Positions 1-12,110 of a DNA stretch of 64,000 bases are shown piece after piece. Source of the DNA: Octopus vulgaris (Eukaryota); the NCBI GenBank assembly GCA_951406725.2, contig OX597826.1, forward strand, positions 81,282,001 to 81,346,000, in the 5' to 3' direction. The notes below the pieces were generated by a model. The model saw only the letters and a program-made list of their open reading frames with translations. It made no database searches and was not told where the DNA came from. The stretch's first letter is position 1, and each line of letters starts with the position of its first letter. Made by a program: the position numbers and the translations under genes.

Positions 1-2180
1 TGAATTTCCAGAAATCATCTCCCCAACCCTTTTTGGAAAAGACTGTCCCCATAAACTTCTAGGTAATCTGAATGTATGTCAAAAGAAATGCATTTCTATT
101 AAATTTCATTAAAGAAAAACCTAAATTTTCCTTAAAGATACGAGGGAAACGCTTGGATCTTGTGAATTTCCAGAAATCATCTCCCCAACCTTTTTGGAAA
201 AGACTGTCCCCATAAACTTCTAGGTAATCTGAATGTATGTCAAAAGAAATGCATTTCTATTAAATTTCACTAAAGAAAAACCAAATTTTCCTTAAAGATA
301 CGAGGGAAACGCTCGGATCTTGTGAATTTCCAGAAATCATCTCCCCACCCTTCTTGGAAAAGACTGTCCCCATAAACTTCTAGGTAATCTGAATGTATGT
401 CAAAAGAAATGCATTTCTATTAAATTTCATTAAAGAAAAACCAAATTTTCCTTAAAGATACGAGGGAAACACTCGGATCTTGTGAATTTCCAGAAATCAT
501 CTCCCCACCCTTTTTGGAAAAGACTGTCCCCATAAACTTCTAGGTAATCTGAATGTATGTCAAAAGAAATGCATTTCTATTAAATTTCATTAAAGAAAAA
601 CCTAATTTTCCTTAAAGATACGAGGGAAACGCTCGGATCTTGTGAATTTCCAGAAATCATCTCCCCACCCTTTTTGGAAAAGACTGTCCCCATAAACTTC
701 TAGGTAATCTGAATGTATGTCAAAAGAAATGCATTTCTATTAAATTTCAATTAAAGAAAAACCAAATTTTCCTTAAAGATACGAGGGAAACGCTCGGATC
801 TTGTGAATTTCCAGAATTCATCTCCCCACCCTTTTTGGAAAAGACTGTCCCCATAAACTTCTAGGTAATCTGAATGTATGTCAAAAGAAATGCATTTCTA
901 TTAAATTTCACTAAAGAAAAACAAATTTTTCCTCAAAGATACGAGGGAAACGCTCGGATCTTGTGAATTTCCAGAAATCCTCTCCCCACCCTTTTTGGAA
1001 AAGACTGTCCCCATAAACTTCTAGGTAATCTGAATGTATGTCAAAAGAAATGCATTTCTATTAAATTTCATTAAAGAAAAACCAAATTTTCCTTAAAGAT
1101 ACGAGGGAAACGCTTGGATCTTGTGAATTTCCAGAAATCATCTCCCCACCCTTTTTGGAAAAGACTGTCCCCATAAACTTCTAGGTAATCTGAATGTATG
1201 TCAAAAGAAATGCATTTCTATTAAATTTCATTAAAGAAAAACCAAATTTTCCTTAAAGATACGAGGGAAACGCTCGGATCTTGTGAATTTCCAGAAATCA
1301 TCTCCCCACCCTTTTTGGAAAAGACTGTCCCCATAAACTTCTAGGTAATCTGAATGTATGTCAAAAGAAATGCATTTCTATTAAATTTCATTAAAGAAAA
1401 ACCTAATTTTCCTTAAAGATATGAGGGAAACGCTCGGATCTTGTGAATCTCCAGAAATCATCTCGTCACCCTTTTTGGAAAAGACTGTCCCCATAAACTT
1501 CTAGGTAATCTGAATGTATGCCAAAAGAAATGCATTTCTATTAAATTTCATTGAATAAAAACCCCATTTTCCTTTAAAGATACGAGGGAAACGCTCGGAT
1601 CTTGTGAATTTATAAAAATCATCTCCCCACCCTTTTTGGAAAAGACTGTCCCCATAAACTTCTAGGTAATCTGAATGTATGTCAAAAGAAATGCATTTCT
1701 ATTAAATTTCACTAAAGAAAAACCTAATTTTCCTTAAAGATACGAGGGAAACGCTCGGATCTTGTGAATTTCCAGAAATCATCTCCCCACCCTTTTTGGA
1801 AAAGACTGTCCCCATAAACTTCTAGGTAATCTGAATGTACGTCAAAAGAAATGCATTTCTATTAAATTTCATTAAAGAAAAACCAAATTTTCCTTAAAGA
1901 TACGAGGGAAACGCTCGGATCTTGTGAATTTCCAGAAATCATCTTCCCCCCCACTTTTTGGAAAAGACTGTCCCCATAAACTTCTAGGTAATCTGAATGT
2001 ATGTCAAAAGAAATGCATTTCTATTAAATTTCATTAAAGAAAAACCAAATTTTCCTTAAAGATACAAGGGAAACGCTCGGATCTTGTGAATTTCCAGAAA
2101 TCATCACCCCACCCTTTTTGGAAAAGACTGTCCCCATAAACTTCTAGGTAATCTGAATGTATGTCAAAAGAAACGCATTC
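1..2180. repeat. 160-bp tandem satellite array, about 13.5 near-identical copies, running off the left edge
   Basis: Unit tgaatttccagaaatcatctccccaccc...gatacgagggaaacgctcggatcttg recurs every ~160 bp with few substitutions; A/T-tract rich. Confidence 0.98.
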
Positions 2181-2332
2181 CTATCAAGAACTAACCAACA
2201 GATTTCATTCAAATTTTACACATGTCTTACTTAGGGTCCATGCTGTGTTATGGACCAAAGAAATTTGCAACATCTTGCCTAATGCGAGCCAAGAGCAATC
2301 TCTTATCTCTTACACTATTTCAGTGTTACATG
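2180..2332 (+). mobile_element. Helitron-like fragment fused to the end of the satellite
   Basis: ttcattcaaattttacacatg..ttacttagggtccatg...cactatttcagt.ttacatgt matches 4120-4250 inside the Helitron-like element. Confidence 0.65.
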
Positions 2333-2455
2333 TCTATATACATATATATATGTATGTGTGTGCATACATATATATATATATATATATATGTATGTATATA
2401 TATATATGTGCATACATATATGTATGTATATATACATGTATATACATACATATAT
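2333..2455. repeat. (TA)n/(TG)n compound microsatellite
   Basis: Direct reading. Confidence 0.95.
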
Positions 2456-2700
2456 CATCATCATCATCATCATTTAGCGTCTGCTTTCCATGCTAGCATG
2501 GGTTGGACGGTTCAACTGGGGTCTGTGAAGCCAGAAGGCTGCATCAGGCCCAGTCTGATCTGGCAGTGTTTCTGCGGCTGGATGCCCTTCCTAACGCCAA
2601 CCACTCCATGAGTGTAGTGGGTGCTTTCTACGTGCCACCCGCACAGGTGCCAGGCGGCGCTGGCAAACGGCCACGGACGGATGGTGCTTTTACGAGGCTG
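2455..2700 (-). mobile_element. 3' end of an RTE-clade LINE (or a SINE sharing its tail) with (GAT)n tail
   Basis: catcatcat...ttccatgctagcatgggttggacgg...gatgcccttcctaacgccaaccac; the same sequence ends the RT-bearing copies at 28.0 and 55.9 kb. Confidence 0.85.
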
Positions 2701-2739
2701 GCAACATGTATATATGTATATATATATATATATATATTA

Positions 2740-3235
2740 CAGGGTGAACACATGGTATAAAACCGACAAATATCAAGTAGTGATGTTTGTAGACGCCACT
2801 TCCCATGAAGAACTAGCCCGTAGATTTAGAAAACCTCTGAAGGAGACCAAACTAAACATTAAGATTGTTGAAAAGCCAGGGAACTCTGTGAGATCACAAC
2901 CATGTAGGACGACGTACCCCTTTGAGAATACCATATGCATGGCGTGTAGGTTTAGCCTTGGCATTAACTGTAGCACTAGAAATATAGTTTACACCATGAG
3001 ATGCATAGAAGGCACTTGTAAAGACCTGAACATCTAGGAGGATTGCGGAATGATTAAATGAGCATCTGAGACAATATAATGGCAAAAAACAGTTCTCCAT
3101 ACTCCACCAACATGGAGGCAACCTGGGTTAACTTGACATCCACATCTTATCCAGGCACCCAAAAGACCAAACCCTCAGACAAATATGGGAGTATGTCCTT
3201 ATAAATGAAACTTCCCCAATACTAAATAGGAAATA
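2740..3235 (+). mobile_element. Penelope-like retroelement remnant (GIY-YIG endonuclease region), degenerate
   Basis: VMFVDATSHEELARRF...INCSTRNIVYTMRC, then in another frame LNEHLRQ...LRQIWEYVLINETSPILNRK; typical of a PLE C-terminus, with stops. Confidence 0.75.
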
Positions 3236-4046
3236 TACATAGTAGATGTCATACCCCCATACCCACAGTTTACACAGGTAGAGTAGAATAGTTAGTGGGC
3301 TGTTATGTAGATAGATGTATGTATGTATGTGTACATGCACATGTATGCAATCATATGGATATGAAAATAAACAAATCAACATGCAGACGGATAGGTAGAT
3401 AGGTTATATGAGCAGACAAGCACACATACGCAAATGGAGACTGAAACACATGACCATATATGCATACACTCTTTACTTCACACAAGGACACATACGGAGA
3501 CATGTGTCCACATCATCATCATCATTGTTCGAACGTGGTCGAGACAATGGAATTTACTATGCTACGCCAGACACATATGGAGATACACATCCATGCATAC
3601 AAACACAGTACATAGTTTCAAAACACACTCAGACATGCACACACAAGGAGTCAGGTGCATACATAGATAAACACACACACACACATACATAAAAAACACA
3701 CTAACATGGACATGCAAGCACATGAATATGCAGAATACATACATAAAGATGCAAACACATACATACATACATATGCATACACACATATACGTACACACAC
3801 ATAGATGTGCACAAACAAAAAGGAACGCAGTGTAAATAACGAACAGAGTCAAGACTATTGAAAAGATTGCAAGACGAAACGAAAATTTTAGAAAAATGAA
3901 AATAAGAAATAAATGGAAATTTTACAGGTGAGTGTGTTACATAATAAGGCACAAAAAGAAAATGACTCTCTCCAGACACAACAGAATATGCTTCAACACA
4001 CAAACTCATATAAAGAATCTTGCAAACCAAATCCAAAAACGAAATA

Positions 4047-4769
4047 TCTTTATATATATAAAACTGAGAATGTCTGTCTGTCTGTGTGTTTCCCTAAAAC
4101 TTGAGAACTACACAACCATTTTCATTCAAATTTTACACATGCCTTACTTAGGGTCCATGTAGTTTCATGGACAAAAAAAAATGTTCAACCTCTTGCCTAG
4201 AGCGAGCCCATAGCAATATCATATCTTCTCCACTATTTCAGTATTACATGTTAAAAGTAAAACAAAAATATTTCTCTATTTTATGTCAGATGCTTTCACT
4301 TTAACAATAAAAATAATAATAACAATTGAATTATATGTAGTAAGTAATAATTAAAATCAAACTAAAGTATAATATAACCGTAACATAACAAAAGTAAAAA
4401 TAGCAATTGGTATAAAATTGCATCAATGATTTGAATTTGAATAAGTGGTTTCACATGAATGGGAATAAATTAAAAATAAAATTAGCGTGCAGAAATGGAA
4501 TAGTCCAGATGGATAATAAAAAATTAAATTAAAGAAAAGACTATTGTCTATAAAGTATATAATGTAGAGAAAGAAGAAAAGCTAACAATTCCAGTCTGTT
4601 ATATATTTTGTGTATTGTTATCACTAGCGATATCAAGATATAACTTTGTATTTTGCATTTTATGTGTAGATTTATATATATAAATGTACATGTAATATGT
4701 ACACATATATATACACATATATACATGTACTAGCACTATGACCCGGCAACGACGGGTCTTTAATGCTAG
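4047..4769 (+). mobile_element. Non-autonomous Helitron-like element
   Basis: 5' A|TC(TTTATATATATAAAA), (TGTC)n near the 5' end, 3' hairpin gacccggcaacgacgggtc, then CTAG|T. Confidence 0.75.
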
Positions 4770-4846
4770 TATATATATATAAGAATTTTTTGCGTAATAC
4801 GATAAAAAAACCAAGGGTATATAGATATTAGAGCATTTATAGATAG

Positions 4847-4898
4847 GTCTTACAGCTGTTTCTAGGATATTAATTAATAATATCCCTTCATCGGAGAC
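4847..4898 (-). ncRNA. Minimal type I hammerhead ribozyme-like motif (variant core)
   Basis: Minus strand GTCT-CCGATGA-AG-GGATATTA(TTAAT)TAATATCC-TA-GAAAC-AGCT-GTA-AGAC: stems I and II plus palindromic stem III. Confidence 0.55.
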
Positions 4899-5034
4899 GG
4901 TGTGAGAGGATGGTTAAGTCATAGATAGTTTAGATGTGATACAAAATAGAGAGTGAGGTGGAGGAAAGAAAATAGATGTAAGATATGTATGGGTATTATT
5001 ATTTAATTGGATGCCACGCATCCATTTCCAATTA

Positions 5035-5290
5035 AGTACATATATATGTGTGTGTGTGTATATATATATATGTATGTATGTATATATATATATGTACATA
5101 TATGTGTATATATATATTTACATATATGTGTGTATATATGCATGTATATGTATATATATGTATATTTACATATGTGTGTATATATACATATATATGTGTA
5201 TATATATATATATATATACATATATATGTGTATATATATATATGTAGGTGTGTTTATATATATATATATATATATATATATGCGTGTGTG
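5035..5290. repeat. (TA)n/(TG)n microsatellite
   Basis: Direct reading; source of the Y/I/V-rich spurious ORFs. Confidence 0.95.
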
Positions 5291-5293
5291 TCT

Positions 5294-5475
5294 ATGTTTG
5301 TACCCTCCACCTGTTGCTGTGTTTACGTCCCTGTAACTTAGCCATTTGGCACAACACACCGATAGAATAAGTGCTAGGCTTACAAAGAATAAGTCCTGGG
5401 GTCAATTTCTTCGACTAAAGGCGGTGCTCCAGCATGGCTGCAGTCACATGACCAAAACAAGTAAAACAATAAAGA
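5294..5475 (+). mobile_element. SINE family A, 3' half
   Basis: gtgtttacgtccc.gtaacttagc...gatagaataagt.ctaggcttacaaagaataagtcctgggg...ggtgctccagcatggc, shared with 5817-6145 and 45712-46022. Confidence 0.8.
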
Positions 5476-5816
5476 AACTATGCTGTTGTAATCCTGAGCA
5501 ATGAGTGCAGAAGATGAAATAACAGCTGACCATCCACACTGTCCAATATCATTTAACCCTGTTGGCTGTCTGAAAGACCTTCAACAAATAATTGCAGGTA
5601 GGGACACTGCTTTTCATTATGCAATCACAATGTATTTTAACCATATATATTCAAGGCTTATAAGTCAATATCATGCGACACCTGTGTTGCCATTAATTCA
5701 CTTTTCAAAGTTGTCTCTACAGATATTCTTTAGTAACTGTAGGGATGACTTCAAAAAATGCTTTGACTAGTAGGATTTCCTGATTTCTAAGTAGATTAAA
5801 GAAAAATTTTCATATG

Positions 5817-6145
5817 TGTGGTAAGTAGCTGGTTCTGGGTTCAGTCCCACTGTGTGGCACCTTGGGCAAGTGTCTTCTAAACTAGCCTCGGGCCGACCAA
5901 AGCCTTCTGAGTCGATTTGGTAGACGGAAACTGAAAGAAGCCCATTATATATGTGTATATGTTTGTGCGTCTGTGTTTGTCCCCCGAACATCACTTGACA
6001 ACTGATGCTGGTGTGTTTACATCCCCGTAACTTAGCGGTTTGGCAAAAGAGACCGATAGAAGAAGTACTGGGCTTACAAAGTCCTGGGGGTCGATTTGCT
6101 TGACTAAAAGGTGGTGCTCCAGCATGGCTGCAGTCAAATGACTGT
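5817..6145 (+). mobile_element. SINE family A (tRNA-derived head, internal microsatellite)
   Basis: Head tgtggtaag...gggttcagtcccac (B-box-like); body ggcaccttgggcaagtgtc...ggccgaccaaagcc; homologous copies in the window. Confidence 0.8.
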
Positions 6146-6529
6146 CAGTTGACTAAATGTCTTTCTTTTTTGTTTTTTTATAACTTATCTCCAAAAGCAG
6201 AAATCACAAAGTATAAAACATTTTCTCTTTAGTTTTCCAATATTTTCCCCCTAGAAAAAGGTTTACTAACAAAGTAACTGTGAAAGAAGCTGCTTCCAAA
6301 TTGTGCTTCAGGAACCACAGCAAGATTTTACAAGGAAAATCTTACAGGATTAACAGTTCACATGAAAGAATGTACAGCTTTTCATGGAAACAACAGAAAC
6401 ACAAATTTTGGAGAACGTTTGTGCAAAGGTTTGAAATAATGTCCATTCAAAATTGAGACAAATAATATTTAATATAAAACACAGTCAATACATCATAAAC
6501 TTTGAAGAAAATGGTAAAAATCAAATTAG

Positions 6530-6775
6530 AAAATGCGCAACTTTCATCATACATAGATCAAGTTAATGAATTCTATGCATAATTTAGAGTTGAGATTAGT
6601 AAAAGACTTGATTGGATGTTCCAAATATAAAAGAAGGGAAGAATGATATAAGAGTAAACAAGCTTTATTTAGATTTCAAATCGTTATGAATATCCACAAA
6701 GATTGGTGCAGCCAGAACTCTGGAATTTGAGATTTACACTTGAAATGACAAAATGCATGAGATAATGTGGTCCAC
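6530..6775 (-). other. Conserved downstream module of ZNF1 (candidate 3' UTR/polyadenylation element)
   Basis: Homologous to 13945-14180, 27425-27665, 44212-44680 and 62762-62895, always in the same orientation relative to its ZNF gene; AATAAA on the minus strand at 6664-6669. Confidence 0.7.
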
Positions 6776-6852
6776 CACATTGTAGCACTGACAAAGGCCA
6801 TAAAAACATAGTTTTATACATTTGTGTTTAGTCAACTGATTTACCACAGTTG

Positions 6853-7641
6853 TCACAGTGATATTTCTTTGGTATGAACACGTTTATGGACAGTTACAGC
6901 AGTACTTTTGGAGAATGCTTTACCACAGATATCACAACGATAGGGTTTCTCTCCTGTATGAATACGTTTATGTCCCTTTAAGATGTAACTTTGATTAAAT
7001 GCTTTACCACAGATATCACAATGAAATGGTTTCTCTCCGGTATGAGTGCGCTTGTGGGTAGTTAATTGATAATTTCGAGGATATGACTTACCACAGCTAT
7101 CACACTGATATGGGTTTTCACCTGTATGAACATGTTTGTGAGCAATTAACTCAGCATTACGAGAGAATGATTTGTCACAGATATCACAGTGATAAGGCTT
7201 TTCTCCTGTATGAATACGTTTGTGTTTAATTAACTGGTTATTTTGATTGAATGATTTACCACAGATATCACAATGATATGGTTTTTCTCCAGTATGAATG
7301 CGTTTGTGATCAGTTAAGTTAGTACTTTTAGCGAATGATTTACTGCACATATCACACTGATACGGTTTCTCTCCTGTGTGAATACGTTTGTGTGTGGTTA
7401 AAATATCTTTACGAGTGAATGAGTGACCACAGATATCACATTCATATGGTTTCTCTCCTGTATGGACACGTTTGTGAATAGTTAACTCACCAGTTCGAGA
7501 GAATGCTTTACCACAGATATCACAGTGATATGGCTTCTCTCCCGTATGAATACGTATATGAGTTGTAAGATGACCTTTTGTAGTCAATGACTTTTCACAA
7601 ATATCACACTGATACAAAGACCTTCCTGAATTTTTTGCCAT
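6853..7641 (-). CDS. C2H2 zinc-finger protein (ZNF1), 262 aa, 9 fingers
   Basis: CxxC-x12-HxxxH repeats with TGEKPY linkers. ATG at 7641 (MAKNSGRS) matches the paralog starts; the ORF-track start at 7659 is a GTG. Confidence 0.93.
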   Translation of the reverse strand: MAKNSGRSLYQCDICEKSLTTKGHLTTHIRIHTGEKPYHCDICGKAFSRTGELTIHKRVHTGEKPYECDICGHSFTRKDILTTHKRIHTGEKPYQCDMCSKSFAKSTNLTDHKRIHTGEKPYHCDICGKSFNQNNQLIKHKRIHTGEKPYHCDICDKSFSRNAELIAHKHVHTGENPYQCDSCGKSYPRNYQLTTHKRTHTGEKPFHCDICGKAFNQSYILKGHKRIHTGEKPYRCDICGKAFSKSTAVTVHKRVHTKEISL

Positions 7642-8324
7642 TTCGTAAGGACAAAACACAACCTTTTGTCTTCAAAAAATTATAAATATTGATGATGCTT
7701 CAGATCAAAAGTAATTTTTTCATACCAGTTTCATCAAGGACCTGAAATAATAGAGAAACAGAATAAGATATAAAGAATAATTAAACTGTAGAGAATCACC
7801 AAAAATTCACATTTTTATGGTGATAAATTTTAGAATACAACTGAACTTATCCAGCGTATCACAACATGATTTCATACATAACAGAGCAGAAATAAACATC
7901 TAATAGAGATACATATCATACCACAGAAAAGAAATGTCTACTTGTCTTGATTGTTGGAAGCAAGGGTCACTACCTAGCGAAAAACATCATTTGTTTCTAG
8001 TTTTGCATAAACACATCTCTGACCAACAAACAAGATTACCTTACTGGGAAACCTATGAGGATTGGTGACAGAAAGGGTTTGTAAAAAATCTGCCCAATGA
8101 ATAATGTCTATACAAGCATGGGAAGGTGAACATTAAAACGAAGACATACTACAGCAGATAATTACATACACGTATCATTATCAGTTTTTTATGTCAGCTT
8201 TTCCATATCATCAAAGTTTTACAACAATGTTCTTCCTGATACAAACCCCTTTTGGTCATCCCTTATAATATGCAAGGATACTGTGTACATCTTCTACATT
8301 ATAATACATTAATTAACATACACA

Positions 8325-8800
8325 ATCATCATCCTTTAATCGGTTAATGTCCACTTTTCATGCTGGCATGGGTTTGATGGTTTCACAGGAGCTGGGCATG
8401 AAGAAGACTACACCTAACTTCTGCATCTGTTTTGGTTTGATTTTTATGGCTGGATGCCCTTCCTAACACCCAACCACCCCGCAGAGTGGACTGAGCTCTT
8501 TTAACATGGCACAAACACATGCAAGATGGTTTGGGCATGGTTTTTACAGCCAGATGCCAACCACTCTACAGTGTAGACTGGATGCATTTTATGTGGCACC
8601 AGCACTGGCAGGGTCACCAAGTAACTTGCAAGACAAAGATCCTTTGAGAGGGGAGAGGATGATGAAAGGTCAGAATGTGACATAGAGACAGGAGAGGTGT
8701 GTGACTGCAGAGGAAGAACATGGTTACCTTGCCAAAGAAAGAGAGAGAGCGTGAGGACAGAAACAGGTATTCTGCTGTAGAGGGAAGAGCAAGAGAAGGG
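8325..8800 (-). mobile_element. Diverged RTE-type 3' tail element
   Basis: catcatc...ttttcatgctggcatgggttt...ggatgcccttcctaacacc; similar to 36340-36790. Confidence 0.65.
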
Positions 8801-9299
8801 AGAGAGAGTGGAAGACAATGAGAGTGCAAGAGAGAGATGGTGGCAAGGTGCTAGAGCATACTCACAAAGAGAGATTAGAATATAAATGGGATGGTAGAGT
8901 AAAAGAAGAGAGAGATAAATGGTGGGAAGTGTCAGAGCATACCCTGAAGCCATAATATAAGTTGCAGGATATTGCAAAAAAAGCATGAGTGGGGAGTAGA
9001 GACTTCACATAGATGCACAGTATAGAGGTGGGGAATGCAGTGACTGGTGAAAACCTGGGTACATAAAAGGGATAGGGGACTACAGGTGAGCAGGGCAGTG
9101 AGGATAGGATTGAGGAGTGAGATATAAGCATAGGACATAAAAGAGGAAATGTGAGGAAGAGATGTAGTTTGGTTTGTTGGGGTAGGGTGAGGGAAAAGTT
9201 TTATTGTTACATGTGGGTAGAACACACAGCACTTCTAGAACTCAGATTTGCTGACATGAGTGCATCTTGTCAAGGACCTCATATCGCCAGATATCTGGG

Positions 9300-9720
9300 T
9301 CTGTTGTCATTTCCTCCGTAGCTTTGTGAAAGCCATGTACAGAGGTGCTGTCAGCAAAGTGAGAGTTAATAAAGAGTATAGCTATGAATTCAGTGAGAAC
9401 GTGGGATTGCATCAAGACTCAGTCTCCTCAAATCCATTTTGTCCATTATAGTCCTTCAAGCCATTACACAGTTCAAGACCGCCAGCTCGGGTGAACTCAC
9501 ATCAAAATTGTTCACAGACTTCTTATTGCAGAATCTGAAGTAGAATTAGAAAAGAAATTCCATGGATAGATGCAAAGCTTTGAATGGAGAAACCTCCGGC
9601 TGAATTTGGCGAAAATCAAAGTATTAGTAAATGTAAAGAAGTTAAGACAGTGCTCGAATCAGGAAAATAACCATACTCGATATATAGAAAAGGAGTAGGT
9701 AGGAATTGTATTCGGTGTAT
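9300..9720 (+). mobile_element. RTE-clade RT fragment, degenerate
   Basis: VKAMYRGAVSKVRVNKEYSYEFSENVGLHQDS resembles the RT at 28868-29617. Confidence 0.7.
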
Positions 9721-10181
9721 TAGAGGGACGAGGGGTCGGGATATAAAAAGAAAAAGGAATGAAATAGTGAAAACGGCAGAGTTTCGAAATAGCAATCAGC
9801 ACTTCATCGGGAAGGAAAAGGACAAGCAATTAGGGACGAAGATAGATACTACTTAAATACAGAAGTCCCGACGCATCTACGTAACCCTAATACTAACCCT
9901 AAGCCCCCTAACGAGTGTGCACTGTAAAAACATATCGATACATAGATGCATCGGGTCCTTTGTGTTTAATAAGTAGAGTCCGAAAATATCAGAGAAAAAA
10001 ATAAAACATGAAATTTTAGGATAAATCTTTTCATTATTATTATTATTATTATATCGTAAATCAAAGAATTGGGGGATTTTTCGTTTAGTATTCTTGTGTT
10101 GTGCTCTTTGCCTTCTCGAAAAGGTATTCCGAAAACCTGTTTTCAAATATCTAATATAGTTTAAGCACGATAAATACTCAC

Positions 10182-10335
10182 TTCTACTTCTTTTCTTCAC
10201 GTATCGTTGACCCAGTCGACTAAACTGGAGAAGAAGATCTTCCGTGGATCGAATCGTTCTGGTTGATTGCTCGACGAAAGAAGATAAATCAGAGACTTAT
10301 TGCTAACCACAGTTTCGTAGCCATTCCGATAACGG
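10182..10335 (-). promoter_or_regulatory. Putative non-coding first exon/promoter of ZNF1
   Basis: CpG-richer segment; cggaatggctacgaaactgtggttagcaataa matches 46872-46905 and the copy near 59515; ends at the conserved donor. Confidence 0.6.
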
Positions 10336-10489
10336 TACGATTTAACCAGCGCTGTTAACCCTTCTAGACATAGCGGCTGGATTTCCCTTAAAGCACACCG
10401 TTCAGTCTTGAACCAAAGGAATATATTCCAATTTCAGTATACTTACTGCCGAAGTTAGTGTGCTAAATAAAAGACTATATTCAATAATG

Positions 10490-12110
10490 TATTGGGTTGG
10501 GACAAAAGTTCGTAATGCTTTTTCAGTTGATTGTGTCTAAACAAATGATTTCGTTTCCCTCATGTCCGAAGCGTATATCATACATATTTTCGGAAAAGTG
10601 ACATTTCAGCACGTCTTTCTTTCCGATTAATTTGAGGATAGTTTACGTCTCCTGTTTTTACATTCAAAATGAAAATGATGGAAAATGCGGTACATTTTCG
10701 TCATTTGATGCTCTATTATATCTGCATAGGAAAAAAGATTTATGCAGTTTATGGCGTTAGTGCTTTGTCAGGCAGCAAGTTAACAAATATGTTGGCAGAC
10801 AGGAACCACTCCTGGTGCAGGTATGGTCATGTATCCTGTGACAACTCCCTGTCCAAAATCATCCTTCAAAGCAAAGTTGAGGAAAGGTGAAAGAAAGGCA
10901 TAAAAAATTCTGGTTTGACAACATTGAGGACTGGATAGGTCACAACCCTGTGATACTGTTACACATGAAAGAGAACAGTGTTCAGCAGCAACGGGTGACT
11001 GTAAAAGTGTCCAGAGTGGTACCCCAATGACTGGCTGCACCAGTTCAAGAGAACTTAGTGATGCCATTCGTCAAGGCACAGTTGAGGTAGGGTGAAAGAG
11101 GTTTACACTTAGTCTCACTTGAACATTGACATTACACACCCACTGGAGCATGCAAGATTCGATTTTTTTTTTTCTCTCATTGGCATCTCAAGTTTTCTGC
11201 ACCAGTTAAGAGAATTCAGTGATACCATAGCTGAGAGGACTATTTGTAAGTGGTTAGCTCTGTTTGGGAGTGAAAAGTTTGATCTGATAAACAATGAACA
11301 TTCTAGCATGATTACAGTCCAAATGACCAGGATGTAACACTCATCAAAAATCTTTCTGGTCACAAGACACGAGGCATTGCAGATATTCTCCACACATCCC
11401 ATGTGAGTTTTATACAGCAATAAAAAATACTTGGATGCTCAATTTACTGTGAAGTTTGGGGGTCCTCATAATTTAAGGAAACATCTTTTAATGGACCCCA
11501 CTTCCCTCTCTGATTCTCAGCTGAAACACAACAAATTCAGCTCCTTTTTGAAAAGAATGATAGCAAATAATGAAATATGGATTGTTTACGACAATGTGGA
11601 ATGTAAGAGATTTTGGAGGAAATAAAGTGAACTACCTTTAATCACTCCAAAGTTTGATTAGAATCGGCAGAATGTGATGCTCTGAGTCTTGGAAGGGCAT
11701 TGCATATTACAAGCTCCTTCAGCAAAATGGGACATTAAATTCAGACAGTTTTTGTTTTCAATTAGAATGACTAAAGGAGGAATCAATGTAAAACATCCAG
11801 AATTTGCCAATCTGAAGGAATCGTCTTCCTTCAGAAGAATGTTAAACAGAAATTGATATAGCTTGACTGTGATATCCTACCACAGCTACTGTACTCAGCT
11901 GACTTTGCACCTTCAGATTGCCATTTATTTTTGATTCCTGCTAAATCCTCTTCAAGCAAAGAACTACAATTCTTTGGAAGACTATAAAAACCACTTAGAC
12001 TAGATCATGATTCAGAAAGATGTCAAGTTCTGGGAAGATGGCATCATAAAACTGCTTCAAAGATATAGAACACCTCATAAAAGATTATATTTTCATGGCT
12101 GGAAAAAAAC
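10490..12110 (+). mobile_element. Mariner transposon remnant with nested inserts at about 10780-11175
   Basis: TIR-like tattgggttgggacaaaagt; fragments HFRHLMLYY, FLKRMIANNEIWIVYDN and YSADFAPSDCHLF (the YSPDLAPSDYHLF motif). Confidence 0.85.

Larger units (their letters stand above)
7742..10181 (-). other. Putative 5' UTR intron of ZNF1
   Basis: Donor AGAA|GTGAGTATTTA at 10181 and acceptor TTTCTCTATTATTTCAG|GTCC at 7742, both matched in paralogs. Confidence 0.65.

Noticed and set aside
1-2180. CRISPR-like array
   Set aside because: Whole units repeat with no unique spacers; eukaryotic context; no cas genes.
2161-5359. Y/I/V/C/H-rich ORFs (also near 12.3-12.9 kb)
   Set aside because: Translations of (TA)n and (CA)n microsatellites.
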